IMG/VR virus record: IMGVR_UViG_3300028536_000001
Span: 1-40,873 of that record
Strand: one strand, 5' to 3'
DNA: 40,873 nt
DNA from: a virus
The notes beneath the pieces were generated by a model. The model did no database searches. It was not told the origin of the DNA and saw only the letters and a program-made list of their open reading frames with translations. Shown one piece after another: positions 1-8,978 of this stretch. Position numbers and translations under genes: made by a program. Within the stretch, counting starts at the first letter, position 1, and each line of letters starts with the position of its first letter.

Positions 1-617
1 ACTGGACAAGTGAACTCAAACTGATTGCCTAGATTTTTTTCTTCTACGCAAAATTCAGGAAAGAAAAGATTCATTAGGCTTGGGGTACGCTGCCTGATTG
101 TGAAATGTCCCTTCACTTCATCCAAACTACCTACCGCCAAATCCTTGGCAGCGGTCAAGATTAGAATACGGATGGATGGAAAGTTTAGAATCCACTGAAC
201 AATATCGGCACGACCCACCGTGCTTTTCATGCTGCCTCGCGGATACAGAATCAATCTACTTTTGATCTGACTTTGTTCCGCTATAGACCGACTCTTATCT
301 TTCTTTACGAAGAAATCAAAGAAAGGTTCGTGGTTTTCCCGACGTATTAAATTTTGATGAATCTCTAAATCTTGGGCTACAACTTCAGGATTAGTTTCGT
401 GAAGAAAATAACCTGCCAACCATTCTAAATCTTGTTCCGATCTGCGAGCAACTTCTTTGGCCCATATCTGATCTCTAAGGATACCTTTTTCAGCCAAGGC
501 TTGTAAGCCCTCACGGTTAGAATTCAGGTAATCGTACAGGTCGTCATTAGATACAGCAGTCCAATCGGTTATTTCACCGTCGGTGCCGTATTTTTTCTGG
601 AGGTCTTGAAGGTCCAC
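1..617 (-). CDS. terL: Terminase large subunit, N-terminal part (runs off the window)
   Basis: Hand translation from GTG at 617 gives RLILYPRGSMKST...IVQWILNFPSIRILILTAAKDLA, a TerL-type Walker A (PRGxxKS) plus the following strand; open to base 1. Confidence 0.8.
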   Translation of the reverse strand, partial: MDLQDLQKKYGTDGEITDWTAVSNDDLYDYLNSNREGLQALAEKGILRDQIWAKEVARRSEQDLEWLAGYFLHETNPEVVAQDLEIHQNLIRRENHEPFFDFFVKKDKSRSIAEQSQIKSRLILYPRGSMKSTVGRADIVQWILNFPSIRILILTAAKDLAVGSLDEVKGHFTIRQRTPSLMNLFFPEFCVEEKNLGNQFEFTCP

Positions 618-627
618 GAACTAGGAA

Positions 628-786
628 CTACTTTCCTTTTACACGTTTTAAATTCGGATTCTTTCGTTTTGCTGCGGCGCTAGCATTTCTTGTCGCGCTC
701 GCTAAAATTGCGCCTGCGTCCTTGACGCCTTTTTGTTTAGCAATCTTGGATTCTACTGCTGCAAATCCTGGATGTTTCGATGCCAT
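628..786 (-). CDS. Small basic hypothetical protein (MASKHPGFAAVESKIAK...)
   Basis: ORF track 628-831; ATG at 786 has an AAGGA RBS and avoids overlapping the upstream gene. Confidence 0.65.
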   Translation of the reverse strand: MASKHPGFAAVESKIAKQKGVKDAGAILASATRNASAAAKRKNPNLKRVKGK

Positions 787-796
787 GATATTTTCC

Positions 797-952
797 TTAT
801 CTCTTCTTTTTAGGAACCTTTTTGCCCGCACGTCGGTCTTCCGAAAGGCCGATGGCGATTGCCTGCTTGCGGTTTGTAACTTTTTGTCCAGACGAAGACT
901 TGAGCGATCCAGACTTAAACTCTTCCATCGTTCCTTTAATACCGGGAGCCAT
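797..952 (-). CDS. 51-aa DUF6496-like small basic protein (not in ORF track)
   Basis: MAPGIKGTMEEFKSGSLKSSSGQKVTNRKQAIAIGLSEDRRAGKKVPKKKR; KVxxRKQAIAIGLSE is the DUF6496 signature; TAATG-coupled to the upstream gene. Confidence 0.75.
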   Translation of the reverse strand: MAPGIKGTMEEFKSGSLKSSSGQKVTNRKQAIAIGLSEDRRAGKKVPKKKR

Positions 953-1230
953 TATTCACCGTCCTGATCAGTATCGGCAACCTGCTCTGGCATATGTTGA
1001 GCCAAGTGCTGTTGCATTCCAGCCAAATCAGGAACCGAATGTTCTTCTTGGTTCGACTGATCGCCGCCCATCATTGCATTCATCATATCTTCTTTGGAGG
1101 GGCTTTCCAAGTCATGCTTTACTAAATAGCCGCCGCTCTTGCCGGGACGAATGTGCATCTCGCGAACCTTACGTCCTGACCGCTTGCTAGATTTTCCGCC
1201 CATTGCGGATTTTGCTCTTGATTCTTTCAT
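952..1230 (-). CDS. Hypothetical protein
   Basis: 92-aa ORF with AAGGA RBS, co-oriented in the operon. Confidence 0.65.
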   Translation of the reverse strand: MKESRAKSAMGGKSSKRSGRKVREMHIRPGKSGGYLVKHDLESPSKEDMMNAMMGGDQSNQEEHSVPDLAGMQQHLAQHMPEQVADTDQDGE

Positions 1231-1288
1231 ATATTCCTTGTGTCCAGAAAATGGACAGTTAATTTAAATAAGTATTTGACTAATTTCA

Positions 1289-4200
1289 TTATTGGACGCA
1301 TGTGTAAGTCCAGAAGTATGTGGTAGCTGCTACTAAAGTTCCGGTTATCACGAAATTAGACGTCCCGCTTGACAGGAAAACCGTATTGGACACCCCAGCC
1401 GCAGATGCGTTACCAGCAGAGAATGTACAGTTCGGAGCCGTCCCATAGGCCGTGCCGAAAGTTAATGTGCCTATCACTCCCGCTGCCGCTCCAGTTCCAG
1501 TCGCTATCTCTATCGTCCCGCTTGAATCATGCACATTGATGAGAGTGACTGTTGGCGTTGTTCCTGCCCCTGCTCCCGCTGCGAAGGTGGGCGCGGTTCC
1601 CGTTCCGATAAGGTGAAGCGCTGAGGATGTTCCGGTTGCAGAAAATGCTCCAGTGTGTGCCCATGAACCTGATCCGCTGGTCGATGTAATCCCTGTGACT
1701 CCGCCCGCCTGTCCCCCAGTGATCTGGAGAGCGGCCAAAGCGGTTGCCTGTGAGTCGCTCTTAAATCTGATCTGATATGCGCCTTGAAACCAAATCGCCT
1801 CTACAATGCGGTTATTGGCCGTTTGAGTTGAGTCGTAATAAACCTCATCGCCAACGTTGGAGTTAGCGGTAAGAGCTACGCCAGTATTTGTGATACTAGC
1901 CGGGTTTGTGTTTATCGTTGAGTTAACAGTTCCTTGGACATTGACATTTCCTGTTACATTTACAGTTCCAGCCGAAACTATTCCCGTTGTCGTAAAAGCT
2001 GTGGCAGTCTCAGTGCCTCGCGTTATCTGGTTGCCGCTCGTATCCCAGTAGGCCGAGGCATGGCAGGATGTGTAGTTGGTGAACGTCGGGCAGTTGAGAA
2101 TTGCCGAAGCGCCAGACGTTACCAAAGCATCCACTATGACGGCATGATCGTTGTCATATGCCGCTGCCGCCCCTTGAAAGCTGCTGCTTCCGTTATTGTT
2201 GAAGAGGATGCCGGGAATGATGCTTGTAGCCGCTGGATTGCCGATTCCCACCCCATAAATCTGCCACCAGTTTGCGAATCCTGATGCCACGGGATTTGCC
2301 ACCATAGGACTATTGATGATCGGACCCGAAGGCTGAAGATTCTGATATTGGGCGGAGCTTGCACCCTTCCCTGCAAGGTTGGGATAGAAGATGTTCCATC
2401 CAGCTGCGGTAGCAGCCTTCTCGTCAGTCAGAGCTTCGTTCCAATATCCGCAGTCATTCGGATGCAACGGTTGATTCCCTCCAGGGCATGCGGCATTTGC
2501 CGCTCCGTTGGCCATGTCGGTTGATGTGTTGACGCCGGGAGTCCCAGTGCGCATATCGGAAAAGATCACATTGATATGATCCGAGATTGCGGTATTCACC
2601 GTATTCAGGGCAGCCGTGTTGTATGCGGCAGTGGCGGCAGAGAGCGCATCGGCAAATTGCCGCAGCACGCCTTCCATGATGACGTAGGATGGTGGATTCA
2701 CGAATGCGGCGGAAGGCGGCGCGTCGATACCTTTAATCGCTACGATATTTCCCGCGGCGGTCGTGGAGCTTACCGTGAACACTACCACGTGTGAAGTGGC
2801 TGGGCTCACGGTATACTCTTGCCGCATCACCTCTCCGCGAGAATCCGGCAGAGTCTGGCCATTGCAGCCGAAATTGTTGAAGGTTGTGCTGGCATTGCAG
2901 ACATCGTTCACTGGCGTGCCATCTATGGTTGCCGTAAACGTGCCAGCGCTGGTATTGCCAGCTACATAAACAATACCGATTTTGGTTTGCGCCGTAGTTG
3001 TCGTAATCGTGCAGGTAAGCGTGCTTCCATTGGTAGTATTTTGCAGGGTTGCATAATTCAGTGCAGCCGCATTCATTGCCGGGCCGATAGTGGGATTAAC
3101 CCATGATCCGGAAGCTGTGCACGCACTGGCCTGTATGCGGCTCGCCGGAGGTAAGCCAACATAGTAGAGTATGGCGTTCAGCGCATTGGTGTAGTTGTTG
3201 ATTCCCCCGGTAGTGTTCCCAACAAAGTTGGCATCGTTGATGCCGCCATTCATCACTATCTTCGGTATGCGCTGTGGCGATGCTGCGCCGGGAACGAAAT
3301 AGTTATATAAATTGTCTCCTACGTTGGACATGTAATAGCCCGACACGCCATAATCGACTGCTAGACCTAAGCTGTCGCCAGCCAAGATAGAGAATTGGCA
3401 ATTAGCAGGCGTAGAAGGACCCGACCCATTAGGACAGGCTATCGTGCTATCGCCGAATCCGTAGAGGATTCCGTAGTTATAACCCTGCGAGAGGTTCAGC
3501 GCCGTATTCATCTTTGCAGTGGTTGCAGCCGTAGTGTTCCCGGACCCGTCACCCGCAAGTACCGCTGTAGTTGTCGTGGCAGCCGCCGTGCCCGCCACGG
3601 TTGCCAGAGTTCCGCTCGCTACAGAAGGGAGATTCACGCCACCGGCAAAGTCTGGCGTGGTTACCGTGTAGGTATTCGTGCTTGGCGAGAACGTAGTGCG
3701 GTATTGACCTAAATGTGGAACTATGCCAACTAGCGAGCCTGTTCCATCTTGTATTCCTAAACCACCGTATTGCAGTATCTGATAACTCTGAGAGCCGCAA
3801 TTAGTCTGCGTGCCGATATTGTCGCAGATCACGCCCTGCGGCAGGACTGTGGATATCCACGAGTTCCCTGCTCCGTCGTCCGCCCCATATAGATTAATTC
3901 CAGCAGCGGTAGTACTGTTCCAGAAGTCGATTGTCGCGGCGGCATAAGGATTGCCGCCGTTCGTCGTGCCTGGACGAATCTGCGGTCCGGTACCGTTGAA
4001 GCGAATTGGCTCTGTCGAAGAAATCGTACCGCTGGCGTCGCTCAAGGCGCTGTTGCCAATCGTGTTCCCCGTTACCCATTTCGTGACAGCGTTAACAGTT
4101 GGCGTACCCGCCGCTGATAAGGTTGTGGAAGGCAGATCAGCTATGCTGATAGCGCGGGTCAATAACGTCCCCGATGATCCAGTTGGCGACGCTAAAAACT

Positions 4201-4468
4201 GATTTGCGGCAAGCGAGCCATAAAGATTAGCGATATCCCCGGTAGTTGCACCACGCGAAGTAGTTGAACTTAGTCCATAAACGACAGCATTCGTAGGTAA
4301 CGTGGCACCTCCCCCGCCGCCTCCACTAAACGTGCAGGTAAACCCAGTACAGGAAACTCCCGCGCCAGTGAAAGTAAATGGTCCAGAAATCCCGTTGATA
4401 CTGGTAGAAGGGGATTGACCGTAGGCAAAAGATCCTACGAACAGGAATAATGTAAGTAGTTTTTTCAT
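1289..4468 (-). CDS. Large fibre/tailspike-like protein with SGNH(GDSL)-esterase domain and signal-peptide-like N-terminus
   Basis: G/T/S/A-rich beta protein with SGNH blocks FGDS, GVSG, GGIND and LHPN; C-terminal fibre-tip-like domain; likely start MKKLLTLFLFVGSFAYGQ, directly after the upstream stop. Confidence 0.7.
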   Translation of the reverse strand: MKKLLTLFLFVGSFAYGQSPSTSINGISGPFTFTGAGVSCTGFTCTFSGGGGGGATLPTNAVVYGLSSTTSRGATTGDIANLYGSLAANQFLASPTGSSGTLLTRAISIADLPSTTLSAAGTPTVNAVTKWVTGNTIGNSALSDASGTISSTEPIRFNGTGPQIRPGTTNGGNPYAAATIDFWNSTTAAGINLYGADDGAGNSWISTVLPQGVICDNIGTQTNCGSQSYQILQYGGLGIQDGTGSLVGIVPHLGQYRTTFSPSTNTYTVTTPDFAGGVNLPSVASGTLATVAGTAAATTTTAVLAGDGSGNTTAATTAKMNTALNLSQGYNYGILYGFGDSTIACPNGSGPSTPANCQFSILAGDSLGLAVDYGVSGYYMSNVGDNLYNYFVPGAASPQRIPKIVMNGGINDANFVGNTTGGINNYTNALNAILYYVGLPPASRIQASACTASGSWVNPTIGPAMNAAALNYATLQNTTNGSTLTCTITTTTAQTKIGIVYVAGNTSAGTFTATIDGTPVNDVCNASTTFNNFGCNGQTLPDSRGEVMRQEYTVSPATSHVVVFTVSSTTAAGNIVAIKGIDAPPSAAFVNPPSYVIMEGVLRQFADALSAATAAYNTAALNTVNTAISDHINVIFSDMRTGTPGVNTSTDMANGAANAACPGGNQPLHPNDCGYWNEALTDEKAATAAGWNIFYPNLAGKGASSAQYQNLQPSGPIINSPMVANPVASGFANWWQIYGVGIGNPAATSIIPGILFNNNGSSSFQGAAAAYDNDHAVIVDALVTSGASAILNCPTFTNYTSCHASAYWDTSGNQITRGTETATAFTTTGIVSAGTVNVTGNVNVQGTVNSTINTNPASITNTGVALTANSNVGDEVYYDSTQTANNRIVEAIWFQGAYQIRFKSDSQATALAALQITGGQAGGVTGITSTSGSGSWAHTGAFSATGTSSALHLIGTGTAPTFAAGAGAGTTPTVTLINVHDSSGTIEIATGTGAAAGVIGTLTFGTAYGTAPNCTFSAGNASAAGVSNTVFLSSGTSNFVITGTLVAATTYFWTYTCVQ

Positions 4469-4470
4469 AT

Positions 4471-4812
4471 CTAGCTGCGATACCACAACCAAAGTCTTGT
4501 TGAAGTGGCGGTCAGACCTGTGACAGCAAAATCGGCCCAATTCATGAGAGAATTAGGCTCGTCTAAATACAATATAGAACCAGCAGTTGCTCCTGCGGCC
4601 ACGGGCATGGGTGGGAATAGATTTGTTCCGTCACTTGGTTTTGTGATGGTTACCGTTCCGGCCACTGAAGTAGCGTTGACTTGCAGAACAAGTTTCCACA
4701 CGTTCACATTTGTTGGAACATTACTGGTGGGGGCCACAAGTGTTTGCGCCGCACGATAGCTTGCGATGTCCGTATCCAGTTGGATCGGCATCTGGTTATA
4801 CAAATTAGCCAT
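4471..4812 (-). CDS. Hypothetical beta-rich protein, possibly virion-associated
   Basis: 113-aa ORF abutting the fibre-like gene. Confidence 0.6.
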   Translation of the reverse strand: MANLYNQMPIQLDTDIASYRAAQTLVAPTSNVPTNVNVWKLVLQVNATSVAGTVTITKPSDGTNLFPPMPVAAGATAGSILYLDEPNSLMNWADFAVTGLTATSTRLWLWYRS

Positions 4813-4913
4813 GTTGAGATGTTGTCCGGAAAATGGACAAGAACTTTCTTGAAAATAATACTAGGGCGCAGACTTATCTGGTTTTTCAGTTACACCGTCT
4901 GCATCGGGCTTAA

Positions 4914-5585
4914 TCATGCGGCTAGATACTTACAAAACTCAAAATACGTTTTGTCACCTTTTCGACTGTTACAACTAGCACAGGCTGGTACTAAATTGGA
5001 AGGCCAGTTTGTTCCGCCTCTTGACAAAGGAATCATATGATCTATAGTTGTCACTTCCTCACTTAGATCTTTTGAACAATACCTACATTCGTTATCAAAA
5101 TAGTCAAATCTCGCCTGTATCTGTTCCGCAGTGAAACTTCCTGTAGCACCTCGTTTTAGGGCGCGATGACGCTGTTTACAGGCTTTAGATATTACAGGAT
5201 TTTCTTTTGAGTACGTGCGCATATTTTCAAGCAATACCTCTTTGTTATCTTCGTAATAACTTTTTAAGTATTCTTGTATGCGAGATTTGTTCTTTGCATA
5301 GTAGCCTACCATGTATCTTAGGTTACCTTTGTTCTTACGCTTGCGTGCGCAAGAAGAGCAGTATAAAGCAACAAGAGAAGTAAGAGACGTGCAACAAGTT
5401 GAGCAATATCTAGGTTCTTTAGGTTTAAGAGAGTAGGCTAATTTTTGTTTCTGTAAAATCCACTCTTTATTTACCTTATAGTATTCAGACTGACGTTCTC
5501 TTCGATTCTGTAGGAAACAAGCATCAGAACAGAATTTACTTCTAGTTGTCGTACATCCGCACACGGGACAAAGTTTTTCACTCAT
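4914..5585 (-). CDS. HNH endonuclease
   Basis: CRYC...TIDHMIPLSRGGTNWPSNLVPACASCNSRKG. Confidence 0.9.
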   Translation of the reverse strand: MSEKLCPVCGCTTTRSKFCSDACFLQNRRERQSEYYKVNKEWILQKQKLAYSLKPKEPRYCSTCCTSLTSLVALYCSSCARKRKNKGNLRYMVGYYAKNKSRIQEYLKSYYEDNKEVLLENMRTYSKENPVISKACKQRHRALKRGATGSFTAEQIQARFDYFDNECRYCSKDLSEEVTTIDHMIPLSRGGTNWPSNLVPACASCNSRKGDKTYFEFCKYLAA

Positions 5586-5609
5586 AGTTATAACTAGCGC
5601 GGTTGTACC

Positions 5610-6392
5610 CTATTGATCGCTGTCTTTTTTGTGAACCGGAGTGGCATCGTCAGGGTTTTCTACCCAGTGTTTATATTTTCCAGTTGTGATTGCTTTGCGT
5701 AAATTAATCAATCTACTTACAGGCATGGCCGTTATAGTTGAGCGATTTGCTGACCCCACAATAAATGCACAGGCAGCCTTTTGATCTAAACAAACAACAG
5801 CCGAACCACTTGACCCGCCATCGGTACCAAACATTTGCAGAGTCACCACGTGCTCCCAATTCAAATCACCGTCGATAACAGGACGATTAAGGGACGCAGA
5901 GGTCACAGATCCAGTAAAAACCTGTTTACCAAGTCCCAAAGGGCTCGCCACGTTTACTACGGCTTCCATTACCTTTGGGTCTGTTCCCAGCGCTACTACA
6001 GGAAAGTTTTTGGTAGTATTAAATGTTACGAGAAGAAAGTCATCGCCCGCGTGGCGATAACCGCATCCAACTATCTTGGCTTTGAAGAAATCTTTATCTT
6101 GATCGTCGTCGGAAGTTACATAAAAAGAAGTCTTCTCTGGCGTGACTGTACGAGTATCTTCATTCTCTTCGCAACCACAATGACTAGCAGTCACGGCTTC
6201 GTAGCCTGTATCTGTTTTATCAATTACCGTTGCAGTGCACCGCATCTTTAGGCTACCATGTTCGTCCTGCGCGTACAAAAGAACAGTGGCAGGTGAAAAC
6301 ACGTTTGAAACGTATTCGATATCGGATTTACTGGTCTGAGCAACAAGACCAAGAGGAAGGAACAACGCCAGCAGAGTGAGAACTTTTTTCAA
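5610..6392 (-). CDS. Trypsin-like serine protease with signal peptide
   Basis: Triad motifs TASHC, DDFLLV and GGSSGS; N-terminus MKKVLTLLALFLPLGLVAQ (TTG start). Confidence 0.85.
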   Translation of the reverse strand: MKKVLTLLALFLPLGLVAQTSKSDIEYVSNVFSPATVLLYAQDEHGSLKMRCTATVIDKTDTGYEAVTASHCGCEENEDTRTVTPEKTSFYVTSDDDQDKDFFKAKIVGCGYRHAGDDFLLVTFNTTKNFPVVALGTDPKVMEAVVNVASPLGLGKQVFTGSVTSASLNRPVIDGDLNWEHVVTLQMFGTDGGSSGSAVVCLDQKAACAFIVGSANRSTITAMPVSRLINLRKAITTGKYKHWVENPDDATPVHKKDSDQ

Positions 6393-6407
6393 AGATTCAC
6401 CCCTTTC

Positions 6408-7256
6408 TTATGATGAAACTACAACTATTTTTATTTCACGGTTTCCTTTGCTAATGTTTTCTAAGTGCCACATGGGTTGTAAGTTTAGATAATAGTTAGC
6501 TAGGATGAAGTGTTGTCGGTCACTTAGGTTAAACCTTGATAACGGAATGATATGATCTATACTCCAAGAATCTTCCGTCTTTCCATAATTATCCCAAGTC
6601 ATTGTGGGTTGAAATTTTGATTCTAAGTGTATTTTTAGTTCTGCAATTGAACATCCAAGATCATCAACCGCTGATCCAGCTTTGTAATTTTTACGTATAG
6701 CGATACCAAGTCTTTGCCGGAGAGCACACCCTAAACGATAGTTAACATCTCTTTTTACTCTATCTTTATGCCGAGCAAGAGACATCTGTTTAGCGTCTGG
6801 TTGAGATTGATAAATCTTTTGGAGCGCTAGAATAGATTCACGATTGTTGATGTATAATTCTGCATGATACTTTTTCGACCTTTCTTTGATTTCAGGTCGA
6901 TTTCTATACTCTTTTTTCTTTTGTCTATTCTCTTCTACTTGAAGCCATGCTCGGCCTTTTTCCCGTTCTTTTTCTTTTACTTCAGGATTTTGGCGTCTTC
7001 TTCGAGAATTCTCTAGGCTAATATTTTTATACGTAGTGAGATAGTATTTTCTTTGCTGTTCTCTGTATTTATGTTTATTCTGCTGATAAAACTCAGAAAC
7101 ACATGTTTTACATTTGTTACGGAGACCGTCTCTAGCGTGCCTGTCTTTTCCAAATTCTTGTGGATCTTTGAATTGATGACAACGATAGCATCTTTTCATT
7201 TTAGGAAAACTTTTTACGAGATTCGTCGCTTGCTTCAAACTCATTGCAGCAGCCAT
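6408..7256 (-). CDS. HNH-family homing endonuclease-like protein
   Basis: N-terminal CxxC...CxxC; C-terminal LGCSIAELKIHLESKFQPTMTWDNYG...WSIDHIIP...NLQPMWHLENISKGN. Confidence 0.8.
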   Translation of the reverse strand: MAAAMSLKQATNLVKSFPKMKRCYRCHQFKDPQEFGKDRHARDGLRNKCKTCVSEFYQQNKHKYREQQRKYYLTTYKNISLENSRRRRQNPEVKEKEREKGRAWLQVEENRQKKKEYRNRPEIKERSKKYHAELYINNRESILALQKIYQSQPDAKQMSLARHKDRVKRDVNYRLGCALRQRLGIAIRKNYKAGSAVDDLGCSIAELKIHLESKFQPTMTWDNYGKTEDSWSIDHIIPLSRFNLSDRQHFILANYYLNLQPMWHLENISKGNREIKIVVVSS

Positions 7257-7467
7257 CAGGACCGTTGACTATTTTCAAGCCACTAACGGAGTCTTTTGGT
7301 ATCTGAGTATCTCGAAGAACTATTCTATTGTTACACAGAGTGCCCTTCGAGAAATATTCACAGTATTGACAGGCCTTTGGTACGGGCGTCTCAATATACC
7401 CGCTAACCCTTGTTTCACGAGGATTCGGAATGTGCTTCCCGCCGAGAATTTCTTTTGCGACAGCCAT
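7201..7467 (-). CDS. Small Cys-rich protein with HiPIP-like Cys spacing
   Basis: CQYCEYF-x5-C...VNGPDGCCNEF. Confidence 0.55.
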   Translation of the reverse strand: MAVAKEILGGKHIPNPRETRVSGYIETPVPKACQYCEYFSKGTLCNNRIVLRDTQIPKDSVSGLKIVNGPDGCCNEFEASDESRKKFS

Positions 7468-7673
7468 TAGATTTTAGACTTCAGATAGGATACGACTGCG
7501 GCGATATCGGACTTCGCTTCCGACTCAGCCTTGACTGCGGCGGCTTCAAGGTCAGAAACTGCCTTGGTGAAGGTAGCCTGCGCTTCGCCTTCGATTTCCT
7601 TGAGGTTCAGGTGTTTGGAAAAGTAAAGGTAACCAATGAGGATTACGGCGAGTAACAATACGAAATCTAACAT
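7467..7673 (-). CDS. Small single-pass membrane protein
   Basis: Hydrophobic N-terminus followed by an Ala/Glu/Lys-rich helix; GGAG RBS. Confidence 0.7.
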   Translation of the reverse strand: MLDFVLLLAVILIGYLYFSKHLNLKEIEGEAQATFTKAVSDLEAAAVKAESEAKSDIAAVVSYLKSKI

Positions 7674-7696
7674 AAGTCTCCAACTCCTTTGAAGTT

Positions 7697-7914
7697 TGGA
7701 GGGCCAGGTGAAAGGAGGAGAAAGACCTGGCCCTCGGGGAGCGCTAAATCAATAACTAATAGCAGCGCTCCAACCTAAAATTCGCCCGTATCAGACCTCG
7801 CAGAGGATAGTTTATTCTTGGAGACTACGGGCCGTTCCAAAAAGTAAATCAACTGCACTAGGTCGTATGAATGTGTGCCCGCCTACGGGCGTAACGGGTT
7901 TCGTGCCTAGCACT
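7697..7914 (-). ncRNA. Putative multi-hairpin ncRNA or structured 5' leader
   Basis: Begins 7 nt after a TACAAT box; four stems (CTAGG/CCTAG, GCCCGTA/TACGGGC, GGAGCGCT/AGCGCTCC, GAGGGCCAGGT/ACCTGGCCCTC); no ORF. Confidence 0.5.
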
Positions 7915-7920
7915 AAATAC

Positions 7921-7949
7921 ATTGTACTACGTTATTGGTTTGCTGTCAA
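7921..7949 (-). promoter_or_regulatory. Sigma70-type promoter
   Basis: TTGACA-17 nt-TACAAT. Confidence 0.75.
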
Positions 7950-7953
7950 GGGG

Positions 7954-8553
7954 TTATGCGTTAGAAATAGCGAATTCCTTGAGGTTGAGTGTTGTAGTTC
8001 CAGTTTGAGCCGTCATCGTCACTGATAAGGTGAATATCAGACCAGATTCCGCAATACTCGCACCAGCGTTTGTCAAAGCTACGACGGCTGCCGGGGCGTT
8101 GTTACCAACCTGATAGCTGTATGTTCCGTTTAATGCTTTGCTCGTAGAATCCCAAAGCAAGTTTGCAGTAAGCTGAAAATTGTAGGAAAGTGTCGCAGTT
8201 ACAGCATTTGAGGCACCAGCCAATGGAGCCGCGAGTTGGTTTCCGCTGATCAGAGTTGTGCTGTTTCCGATGTAAAGAAACGGACGAAAATTGGTTGCTG
8301 CTGTTCCAGCCGTCAAAGTTCCTACGATCTTAACGTTGAAGGGGTGACCATCTACGCCCGAGGCTCCAACTGCGATATCAGCAGGATATTGAACCTGCAA
8401 AGGAGCGCCAGCCGCAAAAGCTGGAGATGGAACAGGTGAACCACTGTTGTAGGTGAAAACTGGAACTACGATCTGAGTTTCTGTAGCTCCTGTAATAGAA
8501 ATTGGTACGGGAAGTCCAAGACTGAACCCGAACGCCGTATTTACGTTTGCCAT
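7954..8553 (-). CDS. Hypothetical beta-rich protein, possibly virion-associated
   Basis: 199-aa ORF rich in T/A/G/S with few charged residues; AGGA RBS. Confidence 0.65.
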   Translation of the reverse strand: MANVNTAFGFSLGLPVPISITGATETQIVVPVFTYNSGSPVPSPAFAAGAPLQVQYPADIAVGASGVDGHPFNVKIVGTLTAGTAATNFRPFLYIGNSTTLISGNQLAAPLAGASNAVTATLSYNFQLTANLLWDSTSKALNGTYSYQVGNNAPAAVVALTNAGASIAESGLIFTLSVTMTAQTGTTTLNLKEFAISNA

Positions 8554-8655
8554 ATATTATTGGTCCTAAAGTACTTAGGTTATTTTAATTTATTTCCGCC
8601 GCGAGGTCCAAGGAACTCCAGCAGGCGTTGACCGCCCGAGGGCCGGTTGAAAAAT

Positions 8656-8731
8656 TGGTAGTTCTGACTGGACTCAAACCAGCATAACATTCTTCGGAGG
8701 AATGTGTCCTTTTCTATTGAACGACAGAACC
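8656..8731 (-). tRNA. tRNA-Arg(CCG)
   Basis: Cloverleaf; loop CT-CCG-AA; CCA. Confidence 0.85.
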
Positions 8732-8735
8732 AAAT

Positions 8736-8810
8736 TGGGAACCGCACTGAGATTCAAACTCAGATACTCTTTGTTAGGACCAAAGGACTTTTTCGTTAAG
8801 TTATGCGGTC
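8736..8810 (-). tRNA. tRNA-Arg(CCT), atypical (G32, C73)
   Basis: Stem CTTTG/CAAAG; loop GT-CCT-AA; CCA. Confidence 0.75.
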
Positions 8811-8814
8811 AAAG

Positions 8815-8890
8815 TGGGGTAGCCATCCGGACTCAAACCGGAATCGTTGAGGTAGAAGCTCAAGGCCCTATTCTATTGGACGATGGCTAC
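8815..8890 (-). tRNA. tRNA-Arg(TCT)
   Basis: Stem TTGAG/CTCAA; loop CT-TCT-AC; CCA. Confidence 0.85.
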
Positions 8891-8895
8891 GAAAG

Positions 8896-8972
8896 TGGTG
8901 GGACGTCTGGAACTCGAATCCAGCTCTGGAGGTTAAAAGCCAACTGCATCTAACCATCAATGCTTACGTCCC
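8896..8972 (-). tRNA. tRNA-Lys(TTT)
   Basis: Loop CT-TTT-AA; two mismatches in the anticodon stem; CCA. Confidence 0.8.
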
Positions 8973-8978
8973 AAAAAC

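Noticed and set aside
1857-5040. Plus-strand ORFs opposite the fibre gene, and minus-strand ORFs opposite the early and replication genes
   Set aside because: Antisense shadows of well-supported genes, without RBS or recognisable motifs
7858-7910. Hammerhead ribozyme, suggested by a CGAAAC in a closed stem
   Set aside because: No CUGANGA core in the required position
8736-8810. Possible amber suppressor, since the loop contains CTA
   Set aside because: The only good stem (CTTTG/CAAAG) centres CCT in a 7-nt loop, giving Arg(CCU)
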